IMG/VR virus record: IMGVR_UViG_3300031627_001261
Span: 1 to 27,892 of that record
DNA length: 27,892 nt
Strand: one strand, 5' to 3'
Source of the DNA: a virus
Lineage: Duplodnaviria > Caudoviricetes
In this document: in pieces, positions 1-9,093 of the stretch
Layout: each line of letters begins with the position of its first letter
How positions within the stretch are numbered: position 1 is the first letter of the stretch
Notes under the pieces: model-generated
The model's input: the letters and a program-made list of their open reading frames with translations, nothing else
What the model was told of the DNA's origin: nothing
Databases searched by the model: none
Position numbers and translations under genes: made by a program

Positions 1-2
1 AT

Positions 3-509
3 TGCTAAGACTTGCTGATCTGTTATGTTTTCTTCAGCAGCTAGGATATCATCTGCTGATGTATTCTGCATTTCCTCTGCTGTTATAACGCGAAGCTTCA
101 GAGCTCTCCTAAGGGCTTTACCTTCTGCCCTTGTGTCGGCTGTAGCAACTAGATGTTGATTAAATGGATAGGGTATATTCTGGTATTTAACATCTATACA
201 ACCATCTATAGTTATCGTAGAACCGGTTGTATATTTTTGTATTTGCAAAGTGTGTTTAATAGTACATCCTCTATCATCGGACTTAACGATCTCACTAGTA
301 GAGGAAAGTATTTCACCATAAACACGCTCGGTTACTCTACGAAGACCGTCTACCGTAGGGTTACCTTCCTTGAGTTCACTATCGTCCATTTGATCTAGAA
401 CATGCTCACTCCACAAGGGGCTTTCTGAAGAAATAATTTCTTCCAAAGTTTCATCTTCCACAGTTTCCTCTAACTCTTCTACCATATCTTCAAGTTCTGT
501 TTTACTCAT
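3..509 (-). CDS. Partial CDS (runs off left edge); putative single-strand annealing/recombination protein (Rad52/Sak/RecT-like)
   Basis: Not in the ORF track. Manual translation from ATG at 509 (ATGA overlap with upstream stop): MSKTELEDMVEELEE...PTVDGLRRV...HLVATADTRAEGKALRRALKL..., open to the edge. DGLRRV and TRAxxKALRRAL resemble annealase motifs. Confidence 0.55.
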   Translation of the reverse strand, partial: MSKTELEDMVEELEETVEDETLEEIISSESPLWSEHVLDQMDDSELKEGNPTVDGLRRVTERVYGEILSSTSEIVKSDDRGCTIKHTLQIQKYTTGSTITIDGCIDVKYQNIPYPFNQHLVATADTRAEGKALRRALKLRVITAEEMQNTSADDILAAEENITDQQVLA

Positions 510-1288
510 AACTCTATATACCTTTCACCTTCTTTTGGGAAGTTCTCCCTGATTTTATTTAGTGATTCCAATAGGATTGACAGTGTTTTTCTAAAGTATC
601 TCTGAGAGGTTCTTTGATTCTGTTTGATCCTAATTAATATTAAACCCTGAGAAAGTATTAATCCTGTTTTTTGTTGGTCGGATTTTTTATTTCTCGCTAG
701 ATTCTCTTCACCCCATACTGGTTTAAAATGGGAAGGCCCATCTACCTCTATAGCAACACGGAGTTCAGGAATAAAGAGGTCAATCTCTAGCTTTTGGTTC
801 TTAAGGAAGTGCTCCTTATGAAATTGTACCACGATTTTCTCTTTGGAGAGCTCTTCAAGTAAAAACCTTTCCATCTTCGAGCCATTTCTAGAAGCTTCTC
901 TTATAGCCTCCGAGCCCTTTTTTATCAGGTCGGCTTTCTCTTCTTCGGTTTTACTATCCCAAGAACGTTTTCCAATCTGAGACCTTTTCAGTTTCTCGGA
1001 AGCATCCATACTATCCCACACCTGCCCTTGACTTTCACTTATCTTTAGCTTAGTCAACTCATGTCTTTTCTTACCCTTAGTAGGGTGCTTTAGCCTACCC
1101 GACTTAAGTGCTAGTTTAGCAGCTTCGCTACGACTTCTTATTCTTATTCCAAGCCTTTTAGCATCACGCCTAACTTTGTTAGAGTACGTTTGTAAAACCT
1201 TAGCAATCTCTGAAAAACTTAACTTTTCTTTTACATACTTTTGTTTTAATAGTATTCTTTTTTCTTCGTCTGGCATTTCTTCATACAT
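506..1288 (-). CDS. Homing-endonuclease-like protein: HTH + NUMOD3 + DUF559/Vsr-like nuclease
   Basis: LSFSEIAKVL...KVRR (HTH); KGKKRHELTKLKISESQ (NUMOD3-like); LEIDLFIPELRVAIEVDGPSHF (Vsr/DUF559-type core). Confidence 0.75.
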   Translation of the reverse strand: MYEEMPDEEKRILLKQKYVKEKLSFSEIAKVLQTYSNKVRRDAKRLGIRIRSRSEAAKLALKSGRLKHPTKGKKRHELTKLKISESQGQVWDSMDASEKLKRSQIGKRSWDSKTEEEKADLIKKGSEAIREASRNGSKMERFLLEELSKEKIVVQFHKEHFLKNQKLEIDLFIPELRVAIEVDGPSHFKPVWGEENLARNKKSDQQKTGLILSQGLILIRIKQNQRTSQRYFRKTLSILLESLNKIRENFPKEGERYIEL

Positions 1289-1718
1289 CTATAAATAGCC
1301 CCCTTAATTGGTCTAAATCCCATTTTTGAATTATACAGTCTGGTTTTCTAAAGAAATTTTCAATGTCATTGTATAGGTTAGCAGTACTTACAACTAGCTT
1401 TACCTTTGGGTGACAATAAAGGTTTAGTAGTTTTTCATAGGGAAGGTTTCTGTTTTTAGTCCATTCAGTATCGGTAGCATAGAAAATCTTTTTTTCAGAG
1501 CTTTTGTTGACTAAAAGGATTTCTGTAGTTCTATAGCAGGTAGAGACAAGTATTCCAGAGAAATCAAAACTTCTAGTAGCTGTAGCTATGGCGAGGTTGG
1601 TAGTGTCCACTATAGGTAGTAATGAATCGGTAAAAAGACAAATGTCCCCGGTATTCGAAAGTTTTGAAATAGCCGTTAGCTCTTCTACACTGAAAGTTTC
1701 CTTTATTATTCCTATCAT
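1281..1718 (-). CDS. Hypothetical protein in glycosylation cluster (possible Rossmann-like GT fragment)
   Basis: 145-aa ORF overlapping both neighbours; alternating beta/alpha pattern; no diagnostic motif. Confidence 0.5.
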   Translation of the reverse strand: MIGIIKETFSVEELTAISKLSNTGDICLFTDSLLPIVDTTNLAIATATRSFDFSGILVSTCYRTTEILLVNKSSEKKIFYATDTEWTKNRNLPYEKLLNLYCHPKVKLVVSTANLYNDIENFFRKPDCIIQKWDLDQLRGLFIDV

Positions 1719-2548
1719 AATCTTACCTCTTTTTCTTTTCTTATAATTTGAGCGTGACCTGCTAGACCTATTACCTCAAAGGTCTCTGCCATAACATTGC
1801 CATAGTTCTTGTTTGCTAGGGATATATTTTTTGTTATAGAGGTCGGCTTTGGTGGGCCCATTTGGGAAGCTCTAGATACAAGCTTTTCAAGTTCTTGAAA
1901 ATTAGAAAAAGTAGTTACCTTAAGTCCCTCTTTCGTAGAAACGACAGGGTTACCACCTGCATACAGTATCTCACCCCACATTTGACCAGAAATATCTACG
2001 CAAAGATTGGAAGAGGCACACAAGTTACTTCTCATATCCCAACCTATTGGTCCAAGATAGTTCTTTATATCTAAAGGCATGGATCCAAAGAAACGTGCGT
2101 TATAGTTTGTTAATATATTAACTAGAGTTCCAATGACTTGCTCACTGAGCCCTACGAGAGTTTCAGTAAAGCAACAGATATTACAAGATATCTGCTCGGA
2201 GTACTTCCCAACTGATACCCCGAAAATATCAACCATGTAGTCTGCGACTGGGAGACAGGGGACCTCTTTTACTTTCGACGAACCTATAACAAGGGAGGGT
2301 CTCTGGGGGTTCTCTGCATCTAAATCTCCCACATAGATAAGCGGAATTTCGTTGCCCCCTAACCCGTAGGACAGTGACTCTAAGTCCACCTCCGGTGAAT
2401 AGAATATAACCTCAGGCTTTAAAGTGTCAATCATATCTAGCTCGCCTAACTCCTTTTTATTCCAAGTCAAAAATGGAATACCGCAAGCCCTGAGGCAGTT
2501 GGCTATCTTCATAAAATCATGTATACCATTATCAATAACTATATTCAC
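1715..2548 (-). CDS. Putative GT-B-like glycosyltransferase-related protein (divergent)
   Basis: MNIVID start, LKPEVIFY, NYLGPI, ASSNLCVD, EILYAGGNPV resemble CgeB/GT1-like C-terminal domains; cluster context. Confidence 0.5.
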   Translation of the reverse strand: MNIVIDNGIHDFMKIANCLRACGIPFLTWNKKELGELDMIDTLKPEVIFYSPEVDLESLSYGLGGNEIPLIYVGDLDAENPQRPSLVIGSSKVKEVPCLPVADYMVDIFGVSVGKYSEQISCNICCFTETLVGLSEQVIGTLVNILTNYNARFFGSMPLDIKNYLGPIGWDMRSNLCASSNLCVDISGQMWGEILYAGGNPVVSTKEGLKVTTFSNFQELEKLVSRASQMGPPKPTSITKNISLANKNYGNVMAETFEVIGLAGHAQIIRKEKEVRL

Positions 2549-3225
2549 AGGATCTCCTTTGCTCTGGAAATGTCTTTTGCATTATCGACATCTACCGTTT
2601 TTACAAGTTCGTTCTGAACGCATTTTATTTTCCCTCCGGAGGAGACTACTCGGTTCAGTACTTCGAATAAGAAATACTTTTTATGCTTTGAATTCCACGC
2701 CTCTTTTTTAAACATAGACAATTCTTTACCTTTCAGGTAAACTATCTGGTTCCACTTTAGTTTTAAATCATACATCATATGTGCTAGATTTCCTTTGTCG
2801 TCTATAGTGCATCCTACTTCTGACTCTTTATATTCGTCTTCGTTTGCAGAAGTGCAAGACATCGAGTAATCTATAGTCGTTAGGGCTTCTTTGTTAAACA
2901 CGAGGTCTCCGGTTAGGATAAGCACATTCTTTGATTTGGTTACCCTCAGGGCCATTCCAACACTTCTAGATACGTTGGTAAACTCATACATTTCGTTTTC
3001 TAGCTTTATGCATTCCTCTGGTGCTGTTGCTATAACCTTATCTGATTTAAAACCACAAACAATAATTATTTCAGAGTTCGGCAGATGGGATTTAATCATT
3101 TCGATTTGACGATCTAGTATAGTATAGCCATGAGATAGCTCTATCAGACACTTTGGACCATAAGATTTCATTCTTCTACCAACACCGGCAGAAGGTATTA
3201 TAACAGTAATTTCTTTGTTGCTCAT
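2545..3225 (-). CDS. Sugar-phosphate/choline-phosphate nucleotidyltransferase (NTP_transferase family)
   Basis: IIPSAGVGRRMKSYGPKCLI signature, VCGFKSD, LILTGDLVF, C-terminal DVDNAKD. Confidence 0.88.
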   Translation of the reverse strand: MSNKEITVIIPSAGVGRRMKSYGPKCLIELSHGYTILDRQIEMIKSHLPNSEIIIVCGFKSDKVIATAPEECIKLENEMYEFTNVSRSVGMALRVTKSKNVLILTGDLVFNKEALTTIDYSMSCTSANEDEYKESEVGCTIDDKGNLAHMMYDLKLKWNQIVYLKGKELSMFKKEAWNSKHKKYFLFEVLNRVVSSGGKIKCVQNELVKTVDVDNAKDISRAKEIL

Positions 3226-3626
3226 TATATAGTCTTAAACAACCCTTTCATGTGAAATATGTTAAAAGAATTCTTGGCGCAATAGGAGTCTATTGTTTTC
3301 ATGTCCAATACCTCTGAAGACCCGAATAGCTTTCTATTAATAAAAAACGGCCTTAATCCATTTTTGTTTTCTGAAGCCATAAGGCAGGCATTCGTTAAAA
3401 TACTTTTATTAAATTGGCTCATTATTATCGTAAGGGATTTCTTGCTTGAAAAAATAAAAGGGTGAGGGACAATCCCAAAAACATCGTAGTCATAGCTCTT
3501 ATGATAAACTTCACTGAAAAAGTTTGCTGACGGAGGAATGTTATACCAAGAGATTACTCTTTTGTGATCTTGGACTACTTTCACTAGGGTCTCGTGTGCT
3601 ATTATGATGGTTTCAAGCTTTGGCAT
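3225..3626 (-). CDS. Hypothetical protein
   Basis: 133-aa ORF coupled to the nucleotidyltransferase by a TAATG overlap. Confidence 0.55.
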   Translation of the reverse strand: MPKLETIIIAHETLVKVVQDHKRVISWYNIPPSANFFSEVYHKSYDYDVFGIVPHPFIFSSKKSLTIIMSQFNKSILTNACLMASENKNGLRPFFINRKLFGSSEVLDMKTIDSYCAKNSFNIFHMKGLFKTI

Positions 3627-4441
3627 AATTCAGTAATCTCATATATATGATTGACACTATCTTCCTCTAGGTGCTCGATCTTTGTTTCAATACTTATATC
3701 GAAGGCATTTCCAGTGTGTTTTCTGTGTAACATTCTACTCACAAGCAGTCCGTTTAGACCACATACAGCTCTAGCAAAGGCTGGTTTCTTGTCATCTTCA
3801 AATATAGAGATGTGAAGTTCTTTACTAAAACTCTCAGGAATGCAAAAGCCCTCTTCAAATACTATGTAGTACATTAGCTTCTTCTTGAAATACATAGAGT
3901 CTATAGCTAGGTCTATTGCGGATCGAGTGCTGATATCTTCCCTAATTACACTTTGGACAGACCAATCAAACTTTTCTTTGTAGGGTAACATCATCTTCTC
4001 TATAGCCATATTCGTATTGTACGTCTCTTCCCCTCCTACATGACTATAGCTGGGAACCACTATACTAAGAAAGCTCGGGGGAGTATGCTGTTTCGACAAA
4101 GAAGCCACTTGTAACTCAAGACTATCTAGTTCAGAATGAATTTTATCTGATGTTATAAGGATGCATTGATATGGTATTTTTATTTGCTTTTCAACTATCT
4201 CTTTTAACTCGGACTTCGCAAAATTAGAAGCCCACTCCTTGTCTCTATGATAAACACATATTTTATCGTTAATGACAAAGAATTCTTTACCTGACCCATC
4301 ATAAACCTCTATAACCTCAGCCCCTTGATCTCTATATCTCTCAATCCGGCCAAGCTCACATGAAGTCTGAGTCACTCCGGATGATATCTCGAAGGCGCAA
4401 TCCCTACAGGAAGTGTGTATCTCTTTGACTATATTGTTCAC
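3602..4441 (-). CDS. Hypothetical protein with N-terminal Cys cluster (CxxC...C...C), possible degenerate GT-A-like C-terminal part
   Basis: HTSCRDCAF...QTSCELGR...KICVYHR; overlaps neighbours. Confidence 0.55.
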   Translation of the reverse strand: MNNIVKEIHTSCRDCAFEISSGVTQTSCELGRIERYRDQGAEVIEVYDGSGKEFFVINDKICVYHRDKEWASNFAKSELKEIVEKQIKIPYQCILITSDKIHSELDSLELQVASLSKQHTPPSFLSIVVPSYSHVGGEETYNTNMAIEKMMLPYKEKFDWSVQSVIREDISTRSAIDLAIDSMYFKKKLMYYIVFEEGFCIPESFSKELHISIFEDDKKPAFARAVCGLNGLLVSRMLHRKHTGNAFDISIETKIEHLEEDSVNHIYEITELCQSLKPS

Positions 4442-4860
4442 TTGTTTCTCCTAGCTTCTAAAAAATATTCCGTTCCAGTAATTCCAGCAAAAAGTACATC
4501 GAAAGAACCCGTATTCCCAACATATTCTAAGATAGCGTTCAAATCTACAGATCTAGATTTTCCATAAACAATAAGATCTGAGAACTGCCTGTTAGTTAGA
4601 GTTCCCCTTTCTCTCATTCGACATGCCTGCATAACATCTGTCCCTTTGATTTTTATGACGCCACCTATTCTTACCTTAGCTAACAGTATCTTTAATATCT
4701 CTGGGTCTTCGTGACTTTCTAGAACATCAAAACACTCTATACTGTTACACATGCTAGGCCTGATGTCGTCTAGACGATCTTGTTGTATTACTAATATGTT
4801 ACCCTTCTCTCCTATCTCAAAAGGGGCCGCTTCCTTTTTTGCAAAAACTATAGCTTTCAT
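4438..4860 (-). CDS. Truncated/degenerate class I SAM methyltransferase-like protein
   Basis: SIECFDVLESH...LLAKVRIGGVIKI resembles the post-II/motif III region of Methyltransf_11; the GxGxG motif I is absent. Confidence 0.55.
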   Translation of the reverse strand: MKAIVFAKKEAAPFEIGEKGNILVIQQDRLDDIRPSMCNSIECFDVLESHEDPEILKILLAKVRIGGVIKIKGTDVMQACRMRERGTLTNRQFSDLIVYGKSRSVDLNAILEYVGNTGSFDVLFAGITGTEYFLEARRNK

Positions 4861-4869
4861 TAGTTTAAT

Positions 4870-4879
4870 CCTTATTATA
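4870..4879 (-). promoter_or_regulatory. TATAATAAGG: -10-like box fused to SD-like AAGG
   Basis: In a 56-bp intergenic gap just upstream of ATG 4860; identical 10-mer at 9070-9079. Confidence 0.45.
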
Positions 4880-4916
4880 AATGACTTTGTTTATCTAAGA
4901 TTGTCTAGTTAATATG

Positions 4917-5930
4917 TTAGAGACCACCATACCCGTTACTTAACAGGCTATTATCACAGGTTGCCGTACTGAGTTGTCGTAGGGTTTGGAAGACAGAGTT
5001 CCAAGAGGTCTTAAATGTTTCCTTAGTGCAGATAAAATCTAATGAAGACTCCTTTGCTTGCTCTGATATTTTTTTATAACACTTAGGTGTTCTCTTTAGA
5101 TATTCCATTGAGGCCTTTAACTCGGGAAAGTCCCGATACAAGAAGCCATTCTCACGATCTTGAATTATAAGATCCGACTCTTCGCTATAAGGCAAGAATA
5201 CTACACCTCCGTTCTGCATAATTTCCAGAGCGAGGGTTGTATTTCCTACCCAAGTTTCTACAAAAGAACTTACATTGGAGATCTCTCCTTTAATATAGGG
5301 CTCTATGTTGCATTCGTGCAAAACTTCCTGAAACTTTTTCATGATAAAAGGGTTAATGTAAGAATTAATGTGAGTAATAGAATAGTCTTTTACACTAGAT
5401 GATCCTATATCTTGAATCCCCACGCTTGGTATCTCTATAGAAATCCTATTATTCCCAGACATATATTTTTTACCTGTAGATCTATCTACCTTTAATGTTG
5501 GTTCATGATTGATAGCTATCCCTTTATTTATAGAGACATGAATATCTGCCTCAACATCAAAGGGTCTACGAGTGACACCTGCCGAAAAAGGATGCATCAC
5601 ATATGTAGCCATTCCAACTGTATGTACTTGAATCATAGGAACTCTTAGTTGTTGAGATAACTGTCTAGCTATATCGAAGTCTTCTGACGTTCCTACGGAG
5701 ATTACAGCAGCTATATCTGAGTCCACATTTAGATCTTTTCCTTTAATAATTCTAATATTATCAGAAAGACCAGAGATAGGAATCTGCCATTGATCTCCCC
5801 GTAGGATATAAAATATGTAATCCCCGCACTCCCCAAAGTGTTTCACGTACTCCTGTGAGTTTGAACAAACAACAATGAATTTCTTTTGTACTTTGAGAGA
5901 CTCTCTCATTATGCTATTTACTGAAAACAC
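4917..5930 (-). CDS. GT-B (GT4-like) glycosyltransferase, divergent
   Basis: SSFVETW...LALEIMQNGGVV...LIIQDRENGFLYRDFPEL is the typical Glycos_transf_1 C-terminal pattern; GTG start. Confidence 0.7.
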   Translation of the reverse strand: MFSVNSIMRESLKVQKKFIVVCSNSQEYVKHFGECGDYIFYILRGDQWQIPISGLSDNIRIIKGKDLNVDSDIAAVISVGTSEDFDIARQLSQQLRVPMIQVHTVGMATYVMHPFSAGVTRRPFDVEADIHVSINKGIAINHEPTLKVDRSTGKKYMSGNNRISIEIPSVGIQDIGSSSVKDYSITHINSYINPFIMKKFQEVLHECNIEPYIKGEISNVSSFVETWVGNTTLALEIMQNGGVVFLPYSEESDLIIQDRENGFLYRDFPELKASMEYLKRTPKCYKKISEQAKESSLDFICTKETFKTSWNSVFQTLRQLSTATCDNSLLSNGYGGL

Positions 5931-6964
5931 GGTATTTCCCTTATAGAAGAAGCGAATTTCTCTTCACCAAATTCTTTTTCAGTATCAGAGTGTATAATAT
6001 TTTGTTTTTCCATGAAGTCCCATCTGTTCTCAAAGATCTCCCTCATTGTTTTTGCTAAAGAGCTAGAGATAGGAAATAGACATTCTTCCCTTCCGGAGTA
6101 AAGTTCCAAGGCCTCATTTTCTTTAAAGGTTGGGATATCGCTATAGCTTTCTGTCTTGTAAGCAAACCCATCTTCGCACCATTCGTCGAGAGAAGAGCCT
6201 TTCATTATGATGGCAGGATTAGCATATCTAAACCCGACAAGGGTTTGAAGTTGAATTTGATAAGACGAGCACATATCTATACAGCAGTTTGCTTCTTTAT
6301 GCATATCATCCATATTAGAATATCCCTTTATTGAAGGGTATAGGTCCTCTTTATATATCCCCAGATTTTTTTTAACCTTAGTTATGAATTTTTCAAACAT
6401 AGGCCTGTCTGTAGCTAATAGAGATAGATAGACTGGCTCATGAGCTGCAAACTCGTGAAAATATGCCGCCAGTATCTTTTCTAGATTAGCCGTCTCTCCC
6501 ATAAAGGGTATGTAGAATCCAAAGTCTCCCATAAGAGGGGGTACTTTTTCTGTGTTTAATGAGGGCGGAATACTAGGACTTACTACATGTGCTTTTCCTA
6601 CAATCTCTTTCGGGAGGATATTTTTCTGCACGTTCGAATTTACTGCAATAAAATCAGCAAGAGAAAGCTGGGAATTAAATGTTCTTTGATGCTCAGTTTG
6701 TGGTTCGTAGAAGGCCACGGTGGGACAACTTACTTTATTAATAAATACAGGATCTACATTTTGCACGCAAACATCATACTCTCCGTGGTCAAAACTATTA
6801 CTAACCTTTACTGGTTCTGCTGTTGTTTCTGTACTAAAATTCTTATGCACACAGTAGAAGTCTGTATTCTTGTGTAGATTAGAACATAATGAGATAGACT
6901 TTAAGCCTTTCTCGGAATCTTCCCTAAAGGGAGATATCGTAATTATTGTCTTTTTATTTGTCAC
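5918..6964 (-). CDS. GT-B (GT4-like) glycosyltransferase-like protein, divergent
   Basis: Probable GTG start at 6964 (track start 7048 lies deep inside the upstream gene); ADFIAVNS, LEKILAAYFHEF, MHKEANCCID, LAKTMREIF match the GT4 scaffold; EX7E not evident. Confidence 0.6.
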   Translation of the reverse strand: MTNKKTIITISPFREDSEKGLKSISLCSNLHKNTDFYCVHKNFSTETTAEPVKVSNSFDHGEYDVCVQNVDPVFINKVSCPTVAFYEPQTEHQRTFNSQLSLADFIAVNSNVQKNILPKEIVGKAHVVSPSIPPSLNTEKVPPLMGDFGFYIPFMGETANLEKILAAYFHEFAAHEPVYLSLLATDRPMFEKFITKVKKNLGIYKEDLYPSIKGYSNMDDMHKEANCCIDMCSSYQIQLQTLVGFRYANPAIIMKGSSLDEWCEDGFAYKTESYSDIPTFKENEALELYSGREECLFPISSSLAKTMREIFENRWDFMEKQNIIHSDTEKEFGEEKFASSIREIPCFQ

Positions 6965-8609
6965 CTGTATATGGGTCCTTTGTAAAATATGAAGTTCCAT
7001 AGTCAATAGCCAAAGCTCTTGCCTTTTCAATCTCATTATGTCTATCAATTTTAGACTTAAAGATGTTTACTAATTTTTCTCGATCCATGTTTTCAAGTCC
7101 CTTTTCTATATAAGATCCAAAATTTAGAGAGGATATGAAAGAACATGCTTCATGTGAAAACATAGATTCTGGCTCTTGCAAGAAGACTGAATACATCCAT
7201 CTAACAAAATCCGTATGACTTTCTATCTGAGGTATCTCTTCTTTTTGTAGAGTCTTTTTATACTGAGGTGGAGACTTCCATTGACCCTGAAGACCCACTG
7301 GCTTATAAGAGTCAATATATTCTTCCCACACCTTTGCCGTATCGTCCCAGTTATATCTAGTTACAGCTCCCTCTCTAGCTTCAGAAGACTTTCTATCTCT
7401 ATATGAATCTGTCTCTGAGAAGAAGTTTTCCATAATTTCGCATAAATGCTCGTTTGACGGATAGACCCTGTCGGCTCCAGTGTCAGCTTCTCTGAAAAGT
7501 TTATCTATCTTAACAGGGAAACCTTTTGTATATCTCACTACATCCTGCATAGCACTATAGTTAGTTGCAGCTATAGGCACGCCACAAGCAGCAGCCTCTA
7601 CCTGAGGCATACCAAAACCCTCACAAATGGCGTACTGAACATATAAATCGAATAGATTATATACCTTAACTAAGTCTGGAACCTCAAGACCAGCAGAAAC
7701 ATGAGGCATAAAGCAGGTTCTATTTCCACAGTACTTGCACGCACATACGGCATCTTTAAACTTTGCGGGGAACCACCTCTTGCAACTTCTGCAGATATAG
7801 GTGCATAATACTTTATGGGCTATTCCAAGCTCTACGGCGGTTCCTCCTATGTCCCACCCTTGCTTTTCAGGGTAGCTCGTATGCAAATACAAGAATGCCT
7901 TTTCGGATATCTCTTTTGGAGCCTTATCTATAAAAGATTTAAAGGACTTCATTAGTTCTACAAATAACTTCCTTCTTTGGTTTCTCATAACTGTTCCAAT
8001 TATGAAGGAGTCTTCTTGTAGTCCAAGAGCTTTACGCAACCCTGACTTGCTTGCTACAGGCTTAAAGACCTCTGGGTTTATTCCCGGAGAGGCACATCCT
8101 ATTACGTTTATATTAGATGTTGCTTGCTCTACTAGGGTCTGTGTTCCAAATTCAGAATACGTAAGGATAGCATCGCAATCTTGAAAGACTTCTAACCACT
8201 CCCTCCTTTGTGGTGCGGAATCTACAGTAGGCATCCAAATCCAGTGAAAATGTTTTCTGAGAGGGGAATCGACTATCCACTTGTCCATCCAAGGGTCTCG
8301 ATATGTTAGGACGATATCTGGCTTAAAGTCCATTACAACTCTATCAAACCTCCACACTCCAAAGTTATTTAGATTGTTAGATCTATATGCCTCTTGTTCC
8401 TTCTCATTATTTTCATCAGGAAGATTCCCATAGTATTTCCAAGGAATGTCTCCTATCTGTCCTTTATGTCCCCAAGATGCGAACTCAGCCAGCTCATACT
8501 TACCTGTATCACTTAGTCTCTTCAAAATCTCTTTTGCATAGGTACCAAAACCAGAGGCTAAGTGGTGAGACTCCGACAAGAGTAGCACCCTTTTTTTATT
8601 ATCTATCAT
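6954..8609 (-). CDS. GT4-family glycosyltransferase with zinc-ribbon insertion
   Basis: SGFGTYAKE, FKPDIVL, GTVMRNQRRK, YNLFDLYVQYAICEGFGMPQVEAAACG (intact EX7E); CRSC...CKYC insertion. Confidence 0.9.
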   Translation of the reverse strand: MIDNKKRVLLLSESHHLASGFGTYAKEILKRLSDTGKYELAEFASWGHKGQIGDIPWKYYGNLPDENNEKEQEAYRSNNLNNFGVWRFDRVVMDFKPDIVLTYRDPWMDKWIVDSPLRKHFHWIWMPTVDSAPQRREWLEVFQDCDAILTYSEFGTQTLVEQATSNINVIGCASPGINPEVFKPVASKSGLRKALGLQEDSFIIGTVMRNQRRKLFVELMKSFKSFIDKAPKEISEKAFLYLHTSYPEKQGWDIGGTAVELGIAHKVLCTYICRSCKRWFPAKFKDAVCACKYCGNRTCFMPHVSAGLEVPDLVKVYNLFDLYVQYAICEGFGMPQVEAAACGVPIAATNYSAMQDVVRYTKGFPVKIDKLFREADTGADRVYPSNEHLCEIMENFFSETDSYRDRKSSEAREGAVTRYNWDDTAKVWEEYIDSYKPVGLQGQWKSPPQYKKTLQKEEIPQIESHTDFVRWMYSVFLQEPESMFSHEACSFISSLNFGSYIEKGLENMDREKLVNIFKSKIDRHNEIEKARALAIDYGTSYFTKDPYTGDK

Positions 8610-9063
8610 GTTGCTCTCTTATCTTATGGATAGCTCCATATAAAATCTTTTTGATGTAGGACTTGCTTCTTCCCGCTATCTTAGAAATCTCATCCAATTT
8701 ATATCCCATTCTTCTCAATTCAAGTAATTCGCACTCCTCGTTGCTGAGCTCTTCTGGACAGACCTCCCAGAAGGATTGTTTTGAAGTATATGTAGGAGTC
8801 GGAGCTAAAGCCAAAGAGAAATACCTATCCCTCTTGAGAGACTTTATATCCTTTATTATTTCCCACCTTATTGGATTCCAAGCATATGTAGACAAGGCGG
8901 CTCCCTTTTCGATGTCATACTTTTTCAATGCTTTCCAGAGTCCTATTCTACCAGCTTGAGTGTAATCATCACGCTCTGTTGAGTTCTTGGGGTTGAAAGA
9001 GTTTACTACCGAGACTACAAGACCCATATTCTCCTCAATCAAATCATTAATCAAATCGTCCAT
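8599..9063 (-). CDS. RNA polymerase sigma-70 family factor (regions 2 and 4 only)
   Basis: NMGLVVSVV...DDYTQAGRIGLWKALKKYD..KGAALSTYAWNPIRWEI (region 2); LSNEE...GYKLDEISKIAGRS (region 4 HTH). Confidence 0.9.
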   Translation of the reverse strand: MDDLINDLIEENMGLVVSVVNSFNPKNSTERDDYTQAGRIGLWKALKKYDIEKGAALSTYAWNPIRWEIIKDIKSLKRDRYFSLALAPTPTYTSKQSFWEVCPEELSNEECELLELRRMGYKLDEISKIAGRSKSYIKKILYGAIHKIREQHDR

Positions 9064-9069
9064 GTTATA

Positions 9070-9079
9070 CCTTATTATA
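9070..9079 (-). promoter_or_regulatory. TATAATAAGG: -10-like box fused to SD-like AAGG upstream of sigma gene
   Basis: In the 30-bp gap between dnaE-C and the sigma gene; identical to 4870-4879. Confidence 0.45.
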
Positions 9080-9093
9080 GCGTACTTATTAAA

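Noticed and set aside
153-398. 81-aa plus-strand ORF
   Set aside because: Antisense to a better supported minus-strand frame starting at 509.
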